DNA from: a virus
Direction: 5' to 3' (one strand)
Virus record (IMG/VR): IMGVR_UViG_3300037882_003154
Location: 1-57,373 of that record
DNA: 57,373 nt
The position numbers and the translations under genes are program-made. The notes below the pieces were generated by a model that saw only the letters and a program-made list of their open reading frames with translations, did not search any database and was not told the origin of the DNA. Position 1 is the stretch's first letter. Every line of letters begins with the position of its first letter. Positions 1-8,957 of the stretch are shown in pieces.

Positions 1-176
1 AAGTTTATATGTCTACCCAACACCCAAGTTTATATGTCTACCCACCAAAACAGCCTCTTGCCCCACAATATGATATGTCTATCCAAGATATGCGACATGT
101 GTATTTATGTGGTAATTCCCTATCAATATGATATATATATCTACTGTAATTGTCTATACTATGTGTTGATATGAAA

Positions 177-206
177 GAGCCCAAATAAAAAAATTAGAGG
201 GGGCTC
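177..206 (-). terminator. Inverted repeat, possible terminator of 224..424
   Basis: GAGCCCC (177-183) / GGGGCTC (200-206) just downstream of the minus-strand ORF; only a short T run follows. Confidence 0.35.
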
Positions 207-223
207 CTTAGAGAAATATATGT

Positions 224-424
224 CTACCCAATATCAGAGTCCCTCCACCTAAATGTCTGGGGCTTGATGTATCCAAGCCTGTGTCTTTTCTTCTGTACTT
301 TTACTACATTGGTATGCATACCATATTTTTGATTGAGCCCATTAGACAATTCTTCATCTGTTAGGGTTTTATAATTGTCTTTAAGAAATTTAATTGCACT
401 AACAGACCATTTGTTGTTTTTCAT
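224..424 (-). CDS. Small helix-turn-helix (Myb/GcrA-like) DNA-binding protein
   Basis: KWS...FLKDNYKTLTDEEL...L...KKRHRLG pattern; resembles the repeated unit in 1464..2534; minus-strand GGTGTATT upstream. Confidence 0.55.
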   Translation of the reverse strand: MKNNKWSVSAIKFLKDNYKTLTDEELSNGLNQKYGMHTNVVKVQKKRHRLGYIKPQTFRWRDSDIG

Positions 425-483
425 AAGTGGCTCTTTTTAAAAAATAGGGGGGTGGCAAAACACAAAAGAAAGTCTACCCAAAA

Positions 484-516
484 AATACACCAACGTATCT
501 TTGTGTGTATATAATA
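484..516. promoter_or_regulatory. Divergent pair of putative late-promoter motifs
   Basis: GGTGTATT on the minus strand (484-491) and variant TGTGTATATAATA on the plus strand (504-516), facing genes starting at 424 and 550. Confidence 0.5.
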
Positions 517-549
517 TAAGTATAAGAGTATTCAATGTAGGAGATTAAT

Positions 550-723
550 ATGTCAGAAGAAAAAGTTATACAAGAAAAATTGGGCGTGGTATTAGCATCT
601 AAGATAGAAGCTATAGAAGATGAATCGGTAAAGTCCCAAGAAGATTTAAAGCAACAAGACCCAGATGAAGCCACAGCCAAAAGGATTGTATATGGGGCTG
701 CTAATTTAGTTTATAAGAAGTAA
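550..723 (+). CDS. Small hypothetical protein (57 aa, MSEEKVIQEK...), below ORF-track cutoff
   Basis: AGGAG at 539-543, ATG 550, TAA 721-723, 4 bp before the next gene. Confidence 0.7.
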   Translation: MSEEKVIQEKLGVVLASKIEAIEDESVKSQEDLKQQDPDEATAKRIVYGAANLVYKK

Positions 724-727
724 AACA

Positions 728-1471
728 GTGGCTAAAAAGACAAGGGCTCAGAACAAACCAAAAAAAGTTCCTGGGGTATGTGGCGAAGCCCCACCAACCG
801 ATATTCCTAAACACCCGTGGATACCACAGGGGTATACTGAACAAGAGACAGTCAAAATAATTAAAAGGGTTGTTAATTCTTTGGCTGAGACATTTAGGTT
901 TGGTTATTATGATCTGGATGATATAAGGCAAGAGGGGTTTGTTTTAGCAATAGAGTTGTTAAGCAAGGGTGAGTTTGATGCTTCTAAGCCCCTGAACAAA
1001 TATTTATTTACTCATATTCGTAGAAGGTTGATTAACTTAAAAAGGGATAAATTTAGTAGACATGAAATTCCTTGTAAAAAGTGCCCATTCTATTCACCAG
1101 ATAATTCTAAGTCGCCCTGGAAAAATGAGTGTGAGATATTTGAAAATAAAATGGATTGTGAGAAATGGGGTAATTGGGTAAATAGAAATGAGTCTAAAAA
1201 GAGCCTTAGCACTCCACATAACTCAACTGTTGTGTCAGACGATAAAATAATAGACATACCAATTATTGATGAGTCTGCTGTTGATGTTGTTAATATAGCC
1301 CACCTTAATGAAATAAAAAAAATAATTATAGAAAAAATACCAATGGAACATAGGACGGACTTTTATAGATATATTCATGGTACTACTTTATCAAAAACCA
1401 AAAAAGACAAGATAAGGGCTCTTTTGTCTGAAATATGTTCTGAGATTTCTGGGGGCGAATTGGATGGCTGA
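728..1471 (+). CDS. Phage sigma70-like factor (region 2) with Cys-rich insert
   Basis: YDLDDIRQEGFVLAIELL..FDASKPLNKYLFTHIRRRLINLKR matches the sigma region 2 pattern; CKKC...C...C insert; GTG start. Confidence 0.75.
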   Translation: MAKKTRAQNKPKKVPGVCGEAPPTDIPKHPWIPQGYTEQETVKIIKRVVNSLAETFRFGYYDLDDIRQEGFVLAIELLSKGEFDASKPLNKYLFTHIRRRLINLKRDKFSRHEIPCKKCPFYSPDNSKSPWKNECEIFENKMDCEKWGNWVNRNESKKSLSTPHNSTVVSDDKIIDIPIIDESAVDVVNIAHLNEIKKIIIEKIPMEHRTDFYRYIHGTTLSKTKKDKIRALLSEICSEISGGELDG

Positions 1472-2534
1472 GGGAACAAGTTCCAAGCTAAAAAAGGGCA
1501 AACTGTCAGCAGAAGAGATTAGAATAATCTTGGAACAGTCCAACCATAAGACTGATGAAGAGATTGGGCTAATGCTAAATCGCTCTGCACATACCATAGC
1601 TAATAATCGCAAAAGAGCCCAATCACCTAATATAGATGTTGAGGAATCTCCACCACAACCAATTGCCACTAAAGAGAATGTCAATCTCAAGCCACTTAAG
1701 AAGGGCGTACTATCCGATGAAGAGGTAGGGCTTATATTAGAGCAGTCAGCCTATAAAACTGATGAAGAATTAGCTCTGATGTTAAATCGCTCTATATCTA
1801 TGGTAGCTATAGGTAGGAAAAGGGCTGAGCTGGTTGGGGCTGATAAAGCTAAAAAAGCAGAGGGCGAACAGATACTAAAACAGTATGCCCTGATTACAAA
1901 GCCCTTTTGGAAAGACCTAAAAACCCAATTCAGCGCCGATGAATTGCGATTAGCCCAAGAGCTCTGGTATTCCTTATATCAGCAATTTGGTGAAGACGTA
2001 ACTACCACCGAAGAGCTCCAAATCATAGACCTAATACAGGTGCAGATTTTAATTAATAGGAATCTAACAGAAAGACAGGGAGCCCAAAAAACTATTCATA
2101 GATTAGAGATTAGGCTCAATGAAGAATTTGCAAAAGCCCAAGACGAACAAAATACTGATTTGATTGTGGGTCTTACCAACGAAATTAATATGGGCTCTAG
2201 GGGTCAGCAAGCCAGGACCACAGAGTACAAAAATTTATTGGAAAAGAAACAGATGTTGATGAAAGACGTTAAGGGTACAAGGGATCAAAGATATAAAGAG
2301 ATTAAGGAAAGCAAAGACACATTATTTAATTGGATAAAATCACATAATGAAAAGCTATTGAGACAAGAAGAGTCTCATCTAATGGAGCTTCACAGAATAG
2401 CATCAGAAAAAGAAAAGTTGAGGCTGTCATCATATCACGAATACATGGACAATACTGTTGATAGACCACTATTAAATTCGGAGTCGGTTTTACTAGAAGA
2501 AAAGGAGAATGAGGAAGATGAACAGGAATCTTAG
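1464..2534 (+). CDS. Tandem-HTH plus coiled-coil protein, putative terminase small subunit
   Basis: Two ~42-aa repeats (KGKLSAEEI..ILEQS..KTDEE...MLNRS...RKRA) followed by a long helical region; lies upstream of TerL. Confidence 0.45.
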   Translation: MAEGTSSKLKKGKLSAEEIRIILEQSNHKTDEEIGLMLNRSAHTIANNRKRAQSPNIDVEESPPQPIATKENVNLKPLKKGVLSDEEVGLILEQSAYKTDEELALMLNRSISMVAIGRKRAELVGADKAKKAEGEQILKQYALITKPFWKDLKTQFSADELRLAQELWYSLYQQFGEDVTTTEELQIIDLIQVQILINRNLTERQGAQKTIHRLEIRLNEEFAKAQDEQNTDLIVGLTNEINMGSRGQQARTTEYKNLLEKKQMLMKDVKGTRDQRYKEIKESKDTLFNWIKSHNEKLLRQEESHLMELHRIASEKEKLRLSSYHEYMDNTVDRPLLNSESVLLEEKENEEDEQES

Positions 2535-3582
2535 GGCTCTTATCTATGGGATCGGTGGTCAGACCTGCTCCTACCTAGCCGAGATATTGTTGAATAATAG
2601 CATAGATGTTGTTGGGATCCATCGTAGATCTAGTGTAAACAATGTGCAAAAAGTGGGGCACCTTATTAGTAATCCACATTTTAAGCTTATTTGTGGTGAT
2701 ATCACCGATGCCTCTTCTTGTTATAATATTGTCAATGCCTTCAAGCCCACATACTTGATTAATGGGGCTGCCCAAAGCGATGTGGGTATCTCTTTTGATG
2801 AGCCCCTACACACCACACAAGTAAATTATGTTGGTGTTTTAAATTTACTAGAAACTATGAGGGCTGTATCACCAGATACGCTGTTGTTGCAATGTTCTAC
2901 TAGCGAACAATATGGTGACTGTATTGATGAAGATGGGTTTCAGAGAGAAGAAACACCCATGCGACCGAACAGCCCATATGCTATATCTAAACACGCCGCG
3001 CACCAAGCCATTAATTTATATAGGAGGGCTTATAATACAAGGGCTATATGTATTATTAATTTTAATAATGAATCTCCTAGACGTGGTGAAAATTTTGTAA
3101 CCAGAAAAATAACCAAGTATGTTGGTAGAGTGGTTGCATTTTTAAGTGATACAAAACTGGTCAACAGTAAATTTGTTGATGATAAAGATATAGATTTTAT
3201 TAAACTAATTACAAATAATGTGGGCAAATTAAAACTGGGCAATCTTGGGGCTAGTAGAGACTGGAGTTATAGCGAAGATATAGCCCAGGGTATGTATTTA
3301 GCCCTTAAGAATGGTTCTAGTGATGATTACATATTATCTAGTGGCAAAACATACACAGTAAAATCATTCTTAGACAAAGCATTTAGTATGATAGGATTTA
3401 GTGATTATACTCCTTTTGTGGAAATTGATAGTGGGTTTTATAGAAAATGTGAAGTCCCATATTTGTGTGGTGATTCTTCAAAAGCCCACAAATTATTGGG
3501 GTGGTATCCAAAGGTAAAATTAGATGAACTAGTAAAATTAATGGTGCAACATGACATACAAGAAGCCCAGAAGGTCCTATAG
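2518..3582 (+). CDS. gmd: GDP-mannose 4,6-dehydratase
   Basis: GIGGQTCSYLAEILL Rossmann start, AAQSDV, STSEQYG, PYAISK (YxxxK), FNNESPRRGENFVTRKIT, LGNL.A.RDW; ATG 2518 preferred. Confidence 0.92.
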   Translation: MNRNLRALIYGIGGQTCSYLAEILLNNSIDVVGIHRRSSVNNVQKVGHLISNPHFKLICGDITDASSCYNIVNAFKPTYLINGAAQSDVGISFDEPLHTTQVNYVGVLNLLETMRAVSPDTLLLQCSTSEQYGDCIDEDGFQREETPMRPNSPYAISKHAAHQAINLYRRAYNTRAICIINFNNESPRRGENFVTRKITKYVGRVVAFLSDTKLVNSKFVDDKDIDFIKLITNNVGKLKLGNLGASRDWSYSEDIAQGMYLALKNGSSDDYILSSGKTYTVKSFLDKAFSMIGFSDYTPFVEIDSGFYRKCEVPYLCGDSSKAHKLLGWYPKVKLDELVKLMVQHDIQEAQKVL

Positions 3583-3916
3583 ATATAATAGGATGGACCA
3601 GGGCACAGACCAATATAAAGAATGGCGAAAAGCAGTATACCGCAGAGATAATGGCAGATGTCAGTGGTCTGGATGCTCATATAAAGGAATTCGCATAAAT
3701 GTACACCATATTAAAAGACATGCTAATTATCCAGCCCTAAGATATAATATAAATAATGGAATATGTCTATGCCCAAAACACCACAGATTTATTAAGGGCA
3801 ACGAAGAAAGATACGAATATATGTTTTCTATCATGGTTAATCGCAAGGCATATGAAGTGCAGGAAGTCATAAATTTGTGCAAGAATTTAGATGACATAGT
3901 AGTAGACAATGAATAA
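3551..3916 (+). CDS. HNH endonuclease
   Basis: WRKAVYRRD..CQ...C...VHHIK...N..NGICLCPKHH. Confidence 0.88.
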   Translation: MTYKKPRRSYRYNRMDQGTDQYKEWRKAVYRRDNGRCQWSGCSYKGIRINVHHIKRHANYPALRYNINNGICLCPKHHRFIKGNEERYEYMFSIMVNRKAYEVQEVINLCKNLDDIVVDNE

Positions 3917-4388
3917 ATACAAGGTGATAGTTGACACCAGGGAAAGGGCTGAATATAGATGGTGGTTTGATCCAGACGACTGTTGTGAGGGATCCGAACT
4001 ACTTAAACTAGACACCGGAGATTATAGTATAAAAGGGATGGAGCATTTGTTGTCAATAGACCGCAAAAGAAATACTGCGGAAATATCACAAAACATTGTA
4101 GATAGTAGGTTCTTTGATGAATTAGAAAGAATGCAGGTATTTAAATATAAGGCTATTGTTTGTGAGTTCAATATGTTTGCTATTATGAATTTTCCATATT
4201 CTAGTGGCATACCAAATAATAAATTAAAAAACATCAAGATTACATCTAAGCTTATATTATCTAAAATCGCCTACATACAAGCCCAATACAATATACCATT
4301 TATATTTTGTGACAACCGAGAATATGCAATGATATATTCACAAGCCTTTTTCAAGAAAGTATACGCTATTGAGTGTCAAAACGTATAA
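3909..4388 (+). CDS. ERCC4/XPF-family structure-specific nuclease
   Basis: VIVDTRE...LDTGDYS...IDRKR (GDxnERK-type motif). Confidence 0.85.
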   Translation: MNKYKVIVDTRERAEYRWWFDPDDCCEGSELLKLDTGDYSIKGMEHLLSIDRKRNTAEISQNIVDSRFFDELERMQVFKYKAIVCEFNMFAIMNFPYSSGIPNNKLKNIKITSKLILSKIAYIQAQYNIPFIFCDNREYAMIYSQAFFKKVYAIECQNV

Positions 4389-6390
4389 GCCAGATGAAGT
4401 AAAAAAGCTATTAGATTTATCTTGGCTTAATATAGACAATATATTTGACTATGCGGCTTCTCGCAGCAGAACTCATGGTGGTTTTTGGGATGGTGTAGAC
4501 GAAGATGTTCCCGAAAACCTTATTAACACCCTTTTAGACCCTGATTATTTTTACTTTACCGTAAAGATGATTCTTGGGCTCGAACTATTGCCATTTCAAT
4601 GTGTAATATTAAAAGAGCTTTGGACAAAGCCCTTCCCCATGCTTATAGCAAGCCGTGGATTCTCCAAAAGCTTTTTGCTTGGCGTATATGCTGTATTAAG
4701 GTGTGTATTGTGTCAGGGATCAAAGGTTGTTATTTGCGGGGCTGGCTTTAGACAGTCTAAAATAGTCTTTGAATACTGTGAGAGCTTTTGGTATAAGTCC
4801 GCTATATTAAGAGATATTTGTGGGGCTTCTAGCTCACAAGGACCAAAGCACGACACAGATAGATGGCATATGAAATTGGGAGAGAGCATTATAATTGCTA
4901 TACCAATAGGTTCTGGTGATAAGATTAGAGGCATTAGGGCTACACACCTAATCAGTGATGAATTTGCTGCTATCAACCCGGAGATTTATGAAAATGTCAT
5001 ACAAGGATTTGCTGCTGTTAGTGCTGATCCTGTTAGCAATGTTAAGGCTGAATCTAGGAAAGATACTGAAAAAAAACTTGGAATAGCAGATAATCTTTCT
5101 TTGATATCCAAGATGGGCAACCAGTCTATATTGTCGGGCACAACCTATTACACCTTCAATCATTTTTTTGCTTATTGGCGGAAGTACAAAAACATTATAG
5201 AGAGCAAAGGCGACAAGAATAAGCTCAAAGATATTTTTGCTGGTGATGTTCCAGATGAATTTAATTGGCAGGATTTTTCTGTTATGAGAATGCCATATAA
5301 TCTATTACCAAAAGGGTTCATGGATATTAAGCAGGTATATAGATCTAAGAGTATGCAGCATGTTAGTATGTTTAATCTAGAATATGGGGCTGTGTTCTCT
5401 GATGATAGCAATGGTTTTTATAAAAGATCATTAATAGAGAACTGTGTTGCCAATCACACAAATAATATTATACTTTCCTCTGGTAATATAGAATTCTCGG
5501 CAATGTTAAGGGGCTCGCCGGTAAAAGAATATATCTATGGTATTGACCCTGCTTCTGAAGCTGACAATTTTGCAATAGTAATCATAGAGATTAATAATGA
5601 CCACAGAAAGATAGTCTATTGTTGGACCGTAACTAGAAAGTTACACAAACAAAAAATAGTTAAGGATCCCAATATAGAGAGAGACTACTATGCTTATTGC
5701 TGTAGGAAAATTAGAGAATTAATGATGGTGTTTCCTTGTAAATACATTGGTCTCGACACACAAGGTGGCGGCATTGCCGTAGAAGAGTGCTTACATGACG
5801 AAGACAAAATAAAATATGAAATAGGTGAAAAGCCCATTTGGAAAATAATAGACCACGATAAGCCCGATCCAACGGATACTATGGCTGGAATGCATATTAT
5901 ACACAGGATTAATTTTGCTGATTCTGAATGGGTATCTGAGTCTAATCATGGTATGCGCAAAGATATGGAAGACAAATATCTATTGTTTCCAGAATTTGAT
6001 AATATTAGTATCGGGCTGGCTGCTGAACAGGATGCCTTAAATAATAGAACATACGACACACTAGAGGACTGTGTAATGGAGATAGAAGAGCTTAAAGATG
6101 AGCTTTCTTCTATCATACATAGTCAAACTGGTATAACAGGCAGAGATAAGTGGGATACGCCCGAAGTTAAAGTAGCTGGTGGCAAAAAGGGCAGACTAAG
6201 AAAAGATAGATACACCGCCCTATTAATTGCTAATTCTATAGCTAGAAGATTAGAGAGACAGATTAATTATCAGTTTCATGGTTCTCCCGGTGGCTTTGCC
6301 GCTAATGCAGGAAAAGATTGTAGTGGCAGACTATTCTATGGTCCTGAAGATTTTTGTCAAGCTATGCAGGAAGTGTACGGCTTAGACTAA
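4369..6390 (+). CDS. terL: Terminase large subunit
   Basis: PFQ adenine motif, Walker A ASRGFSKS, IRGIR, Walker B HLISDE, RNase H-like YIYGIDPA and KDRY; TTG start. Confidence 0.93.
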   Translation: MSVKTYKPDEVKKLLDLSWLNIDNIFDYAASRSRTHGGFWDGVDEDVPENLINTLLDPDYFYFTVKMILGLELLPFQCVILKELWTKPFPMLIASRGFSKSFLLGVYAVLRCVLCQGSKVVICGAGFRQSKIVFEYCESFWYKSAILRDICGASSSQGPKHDTDRWHMKLGESIIIAIPIGSGDKIRGIRATHLISDEFAAINPEIYENVIQGFAAVSADPVSNVKAESRKDTEKKLGIADNLSLISKMGNQSILSGTTYYTFNHFFAYWRKYKNIIESKGDKNKLKDIFAGDVPDEFNWQDFSVMRMPYNLLPKGFMDIKQVYRSKSMQHVSMFNLEYGAVFSDDSNGFYKRSLIENCVANHTNNIILSSGNIEFSAMLRGSPVKEYIYGIDPASEADNFAIVIIEINNDHRKIVYCWTVTRKLHKQKIVKDPNIERDYYAYCCRKIRELMMVFPCKYIGLDTQGGGIAVEECLHDEDKIKYEIGEKPIWKIIDHDKPDPTDTMAGMHIIHRINFADSEWVSESNHGMRKDMEDKYLLFPEFDNISIGLAAEQDALNNRTYDTLEDCVMEIEELKDELSSIIHSQTGITGRDKWDTPEVKVAGGKKGRLRKDRYTALLIANSIARRLERQINYQFHGSPGGFAANAGKDCSGRLFYGPEDFCQAMQEVYGLD

Positions 6391-6416
6391 TTGGGCGCAA
6401 TTGATAAATTCACTCT

Positions 6417-6428
6417 GGTGTATTTTAA
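6417..6428 (+). promoter_or_regulatory. Putative late promoter GGTGTATTTTAA
   Basis: Recurrent motif, intergenic, 48 bp before the portal ATG. Confidence 0.7.
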
Positions 6429-6464
6429 TATACTCCTAATCTTATCTAATCGGATTACCAAAAT

Positions 6465-8615
6465 ATGGCTGTAGCAAGAGCGATACAAATCAATCACGAC
6501 GATGGCTTTATTACATGGAATGATAAGCAGCCATCCACCAAAGATACTGCTATAGCCAAATTGTCACAGTCTTATGATGACAACAGACTAATATCTATGT
6601 CACAGAATGCCATTGGTAATAATTTTAGATCTTTTCGTGATATAGATACCAATGTTAATGCTAGAACCGGATTCACTAGAGACGACTATGATTTCTTTAG
6701 ACCAGAAGAGTCTACTACATTAACACAGAAAGAAATCATTCGCAAATGTATGATTGCATATCGTAAAGTCGGTCTTATCAAAAATGTTATAGATTTGATG
6801 GGTGATTTTGGTTGCCAGGGCATTAAATTAGTTCATGCCATACCCAAACAGCAAAGATTTTATAGAGAGTGGTTTAAAAAAGTTGGTGGTATTAATAGAT
6901 CAGAAAGGTTTTTAAATACATTATATAGGGCTGGCAATGTAATAGTCAAAAGATCTACTGCCAAGATCACACCAAGAAATTATGATAATATGTCTGCTGT
7001 TGGGGCGGATTTGGATATAGAAAAGAAGAAGTATCCAAACAACGAAATACCCTGGAGATATACGTTTTTTAGCCCATTACAAATAGAGATATTGGGCGAA
7101 GCCCTAGCCCAATTTGCCGGTAAGCCCAAATATGCACTAAAACTATCAAAGATGATACAGGATAGATTTAATGCTAGTTATAACTCTAATGATATAGAAA
7201 AAGAATTACTAAAGGATATACCCAAAGACATTAGAGAAAAGATTAGGGCTAAAAATAGTATTATTGAATTAGATCCAGAAAAAGTAAGGGTTTTTCATTA
7301 TAGAAAAGATGATTGGCAATCCTGGGCTGACCCATTGATTGGGGCTATATTACCAGATGTTATACTATTAGATAAAATGAAGTTGGCTGATTCAGCAGCC
7401 CTAGATGGCGTCATATCAAATGTAAGATTATGGCGGATAGGAGACCTGGAACAGAAAATATATCCCAGCAGAGCTATGATTAACAGACTCTCTAATATAT
7501 TGACCAACAATGTTGGTGGTGGATGCTTGGATTTGGTTTGGGGACCGGAGCTTGATTTTAAAGAATCTAGCACGAACGCCCATCAATTCTTGGGGTCTGA
7601 AAAGTACAAGCCAGTATTAAATGCAATATATGATGGGCTTGGCGTTCCACCAACTTTGACTGCCGCTGGGTCTGCTGGTGGCTTTACTAATAATATCATA
7701 TCTATTAAGACACTTATTGAAAGACTTGAGTATGGCAGAAATTTATTAATAGAGTTTTGGGACGAAGAGATCAAGATGGTTCAACAGGCTATGGGGTTCG
7801 CCAAACCAGCCCAAATATCCTTTGACCACATGACATTATCTGATGAAGCAGCCGAGAAAGCTCTTTTGCTTCAGTTACTAGACAGAGATGTTATTAGTGT
7901 TGAAGCTGTACTAGATAGATTTGATGAGATGCCGGAACTAGAAAAGAAAAGAATTAAAAGAGAACACAATTTAAGAGACAGTGAGTCGATGCCCAAGAAA
8001 GCAGGACCCTGGCACAATCCCTCCCTTATTGAAGATCTAACTAAGATATTCGCCCAAAGAGGATCGGTTACTCCTAGTGAGGTTGGTGTTGAACTTTTAG
8101 AGAGGAAGACTGGAGAAGAAACCCAACAGGAACAGCTTATGAAAATAGCCCAAACAAGGCAATCTGGTGGCACTGGTGGTAGACCCAAGAATTCCAAAGA
8201 TAGTTTCAAACGCAAAAGAACTGTGAAACCGAGGGCTGCCGCCAGCATTGTTTCGATAAGCGCCTGGGCGAAGAAAGCCCAAATCTCTATTGCTGATATA
8301 GTGATGCCCGCCCTTTTGGAATATTATGACAAAAAAAACTCAAGACAATTAACCGATGATGAGTCTAGGATATGCGAAGATATTAAATTTTCTGTTTTGT
8401 GTAGTATTAAGCCCTTTACTAAAATAGACCCAGAAATCATACAAACAACCCTAAATACTTGTGGTTCAAGAATATCCAAGGATATTGCGTCGGTGTATTC
8501 TAAGATGGTTGATAGATTTGCACAAGACACACAATCCGAACCAACTTTAGATGATATGAGAAATATACAGGTTCTAGTTTATTCTTTGTTTAATGAGGAA
8601 GATGAAAATGCCTAA
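6465..8615 (+). CDS. Portal protein
   Basis: Follows TerL; 716 aa; Y..VGLIKNVIDLMGDF N-terminal portal-like helices, I..GLGVP. Confidence 0.8.
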   Translation: MAVARAIQINHDDGFITWNDKQPSTKDTAIAKLSQSYDDNRLISMSQNAIGNNFRSFRDIDTNVNARTGFTRDDYDFFRPEESTTLTQKEIIRKCMIAYRKVGLIKNVIDLMGDFGCQGIKLVHAIPKQQRFYREWFKKVGGINRSERFLNTLYRAGNVIVKRSTAKITPRNYDNMSAVGADLDIEKKKYPNNEIPWRYTFFSPLQIEILGEALAQFAGKPKYALKLSKMIQDRFNASYNSNDIEKELLKDIPKDIREKIRAKNSIIELDPEKVRVFHYRKDDWQSWADPLIGAILPDVILLDKMKLADSAALDGVISNVRLWRIGDLEQKIYPSRAMINRLSNILTNNVGGGCLDLVWGPELDFKESSTNAHQFLGSEKYKPVLNAIYDGLGVPPTLTAAGSAGGFTNNIISIKTLIERLEYGRNLLIEFWDEEIKMVQQAMGFAKPAQISFDHMTLSDEAAEKALLLQLLDRDVISVEAVLDRFDEMPELEKKRIKREHNLRDSESMPKKAGPWHNPSLIEDLTKIFAQRGSVTPSEVGVELLERKTGEETQQEQLMKIAQTRQSGGTGGRPKNSKDSFKRKRTVKPRAAASIVSISAWAKKAQISIADIVMPALLEYYDKKNSRQLTDDESRICEDIKFSVLCSIKPFTKIDPEIIQTTLNTCGSRISKDIASVYSKMVDRFAQDTQSEPTLDDMRNIQVLVYSLFNEEDENA
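8492..8503 (+). promoter_or_regulatory. Putative late promoter inside the portal 3' end
   Basis: GGTGTATTCTAA, 116 bp upstream of ATG 8608. Confidence 0.4.
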
Positions 8616-8955
8616 AATTAATATTGAGGTCAACACGGATGATGAAACAATGGTCATTAAGATTGGTGAGGAAGTTGTAGAAGGGGCAAACTATGTCACT
8701 TTAGCATCACCAGATAGCAATGGATATTATGACAAGATGTATGTATATATCACTAAGACCGAAAAGAGTGAAGAGGGAATTGTAAAGTATACTTCATATA
8801 GCTTGGCTTCTTCAAAAAATAAAGATCTAGCAACGGTAGCATCCAAGTCTTATAAAGGATTTTTAGAATCTGTCAGTCAGAATTCTCCAATAGTAGAACG
8901 TCTTGGCGATTTTGTGTCTAGTAGATTAAAAGACAGGGCTAAAAGAAGGCACTAG
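8608..8955 (+). CDS. Hypothetical head-module protein
   Basis: GAGGA SD at 8595-8599 favours ATG 8608; lies between portal and protease. Confidence 0.65.
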   Translation: MPKINIEVNTDDETMVIKIGEEVVEGANYVTLASPDSNGYYDKMYVYITKTEKSEEGIVKYTSYSLASSKNKDLATVASKSYKGFLESVSQNSPIVERLGDFVSSRLKDRAKRRH

Positions 8956-8957
8956 TA

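Larger units (their letters stand above)
1..481. repeat. Dispersed direct repeats of (TATAT)GTCTACCCA
   Basis: AAGTTTATATGTCTACCCA at 1-19 and 26-44 (25-bp period); variants ATATGTCTATCCAA 73-86, TATATGTCTACCCAA 217-231, GTCTACCCAA 472-481. Confidence 0.8.

Noticed and set aside
1-231. CRISPR array from the short direct repeats
   Set aside because: Only 6 bp separate the tandem copies, later spacing is irregular, and no cas genes are present
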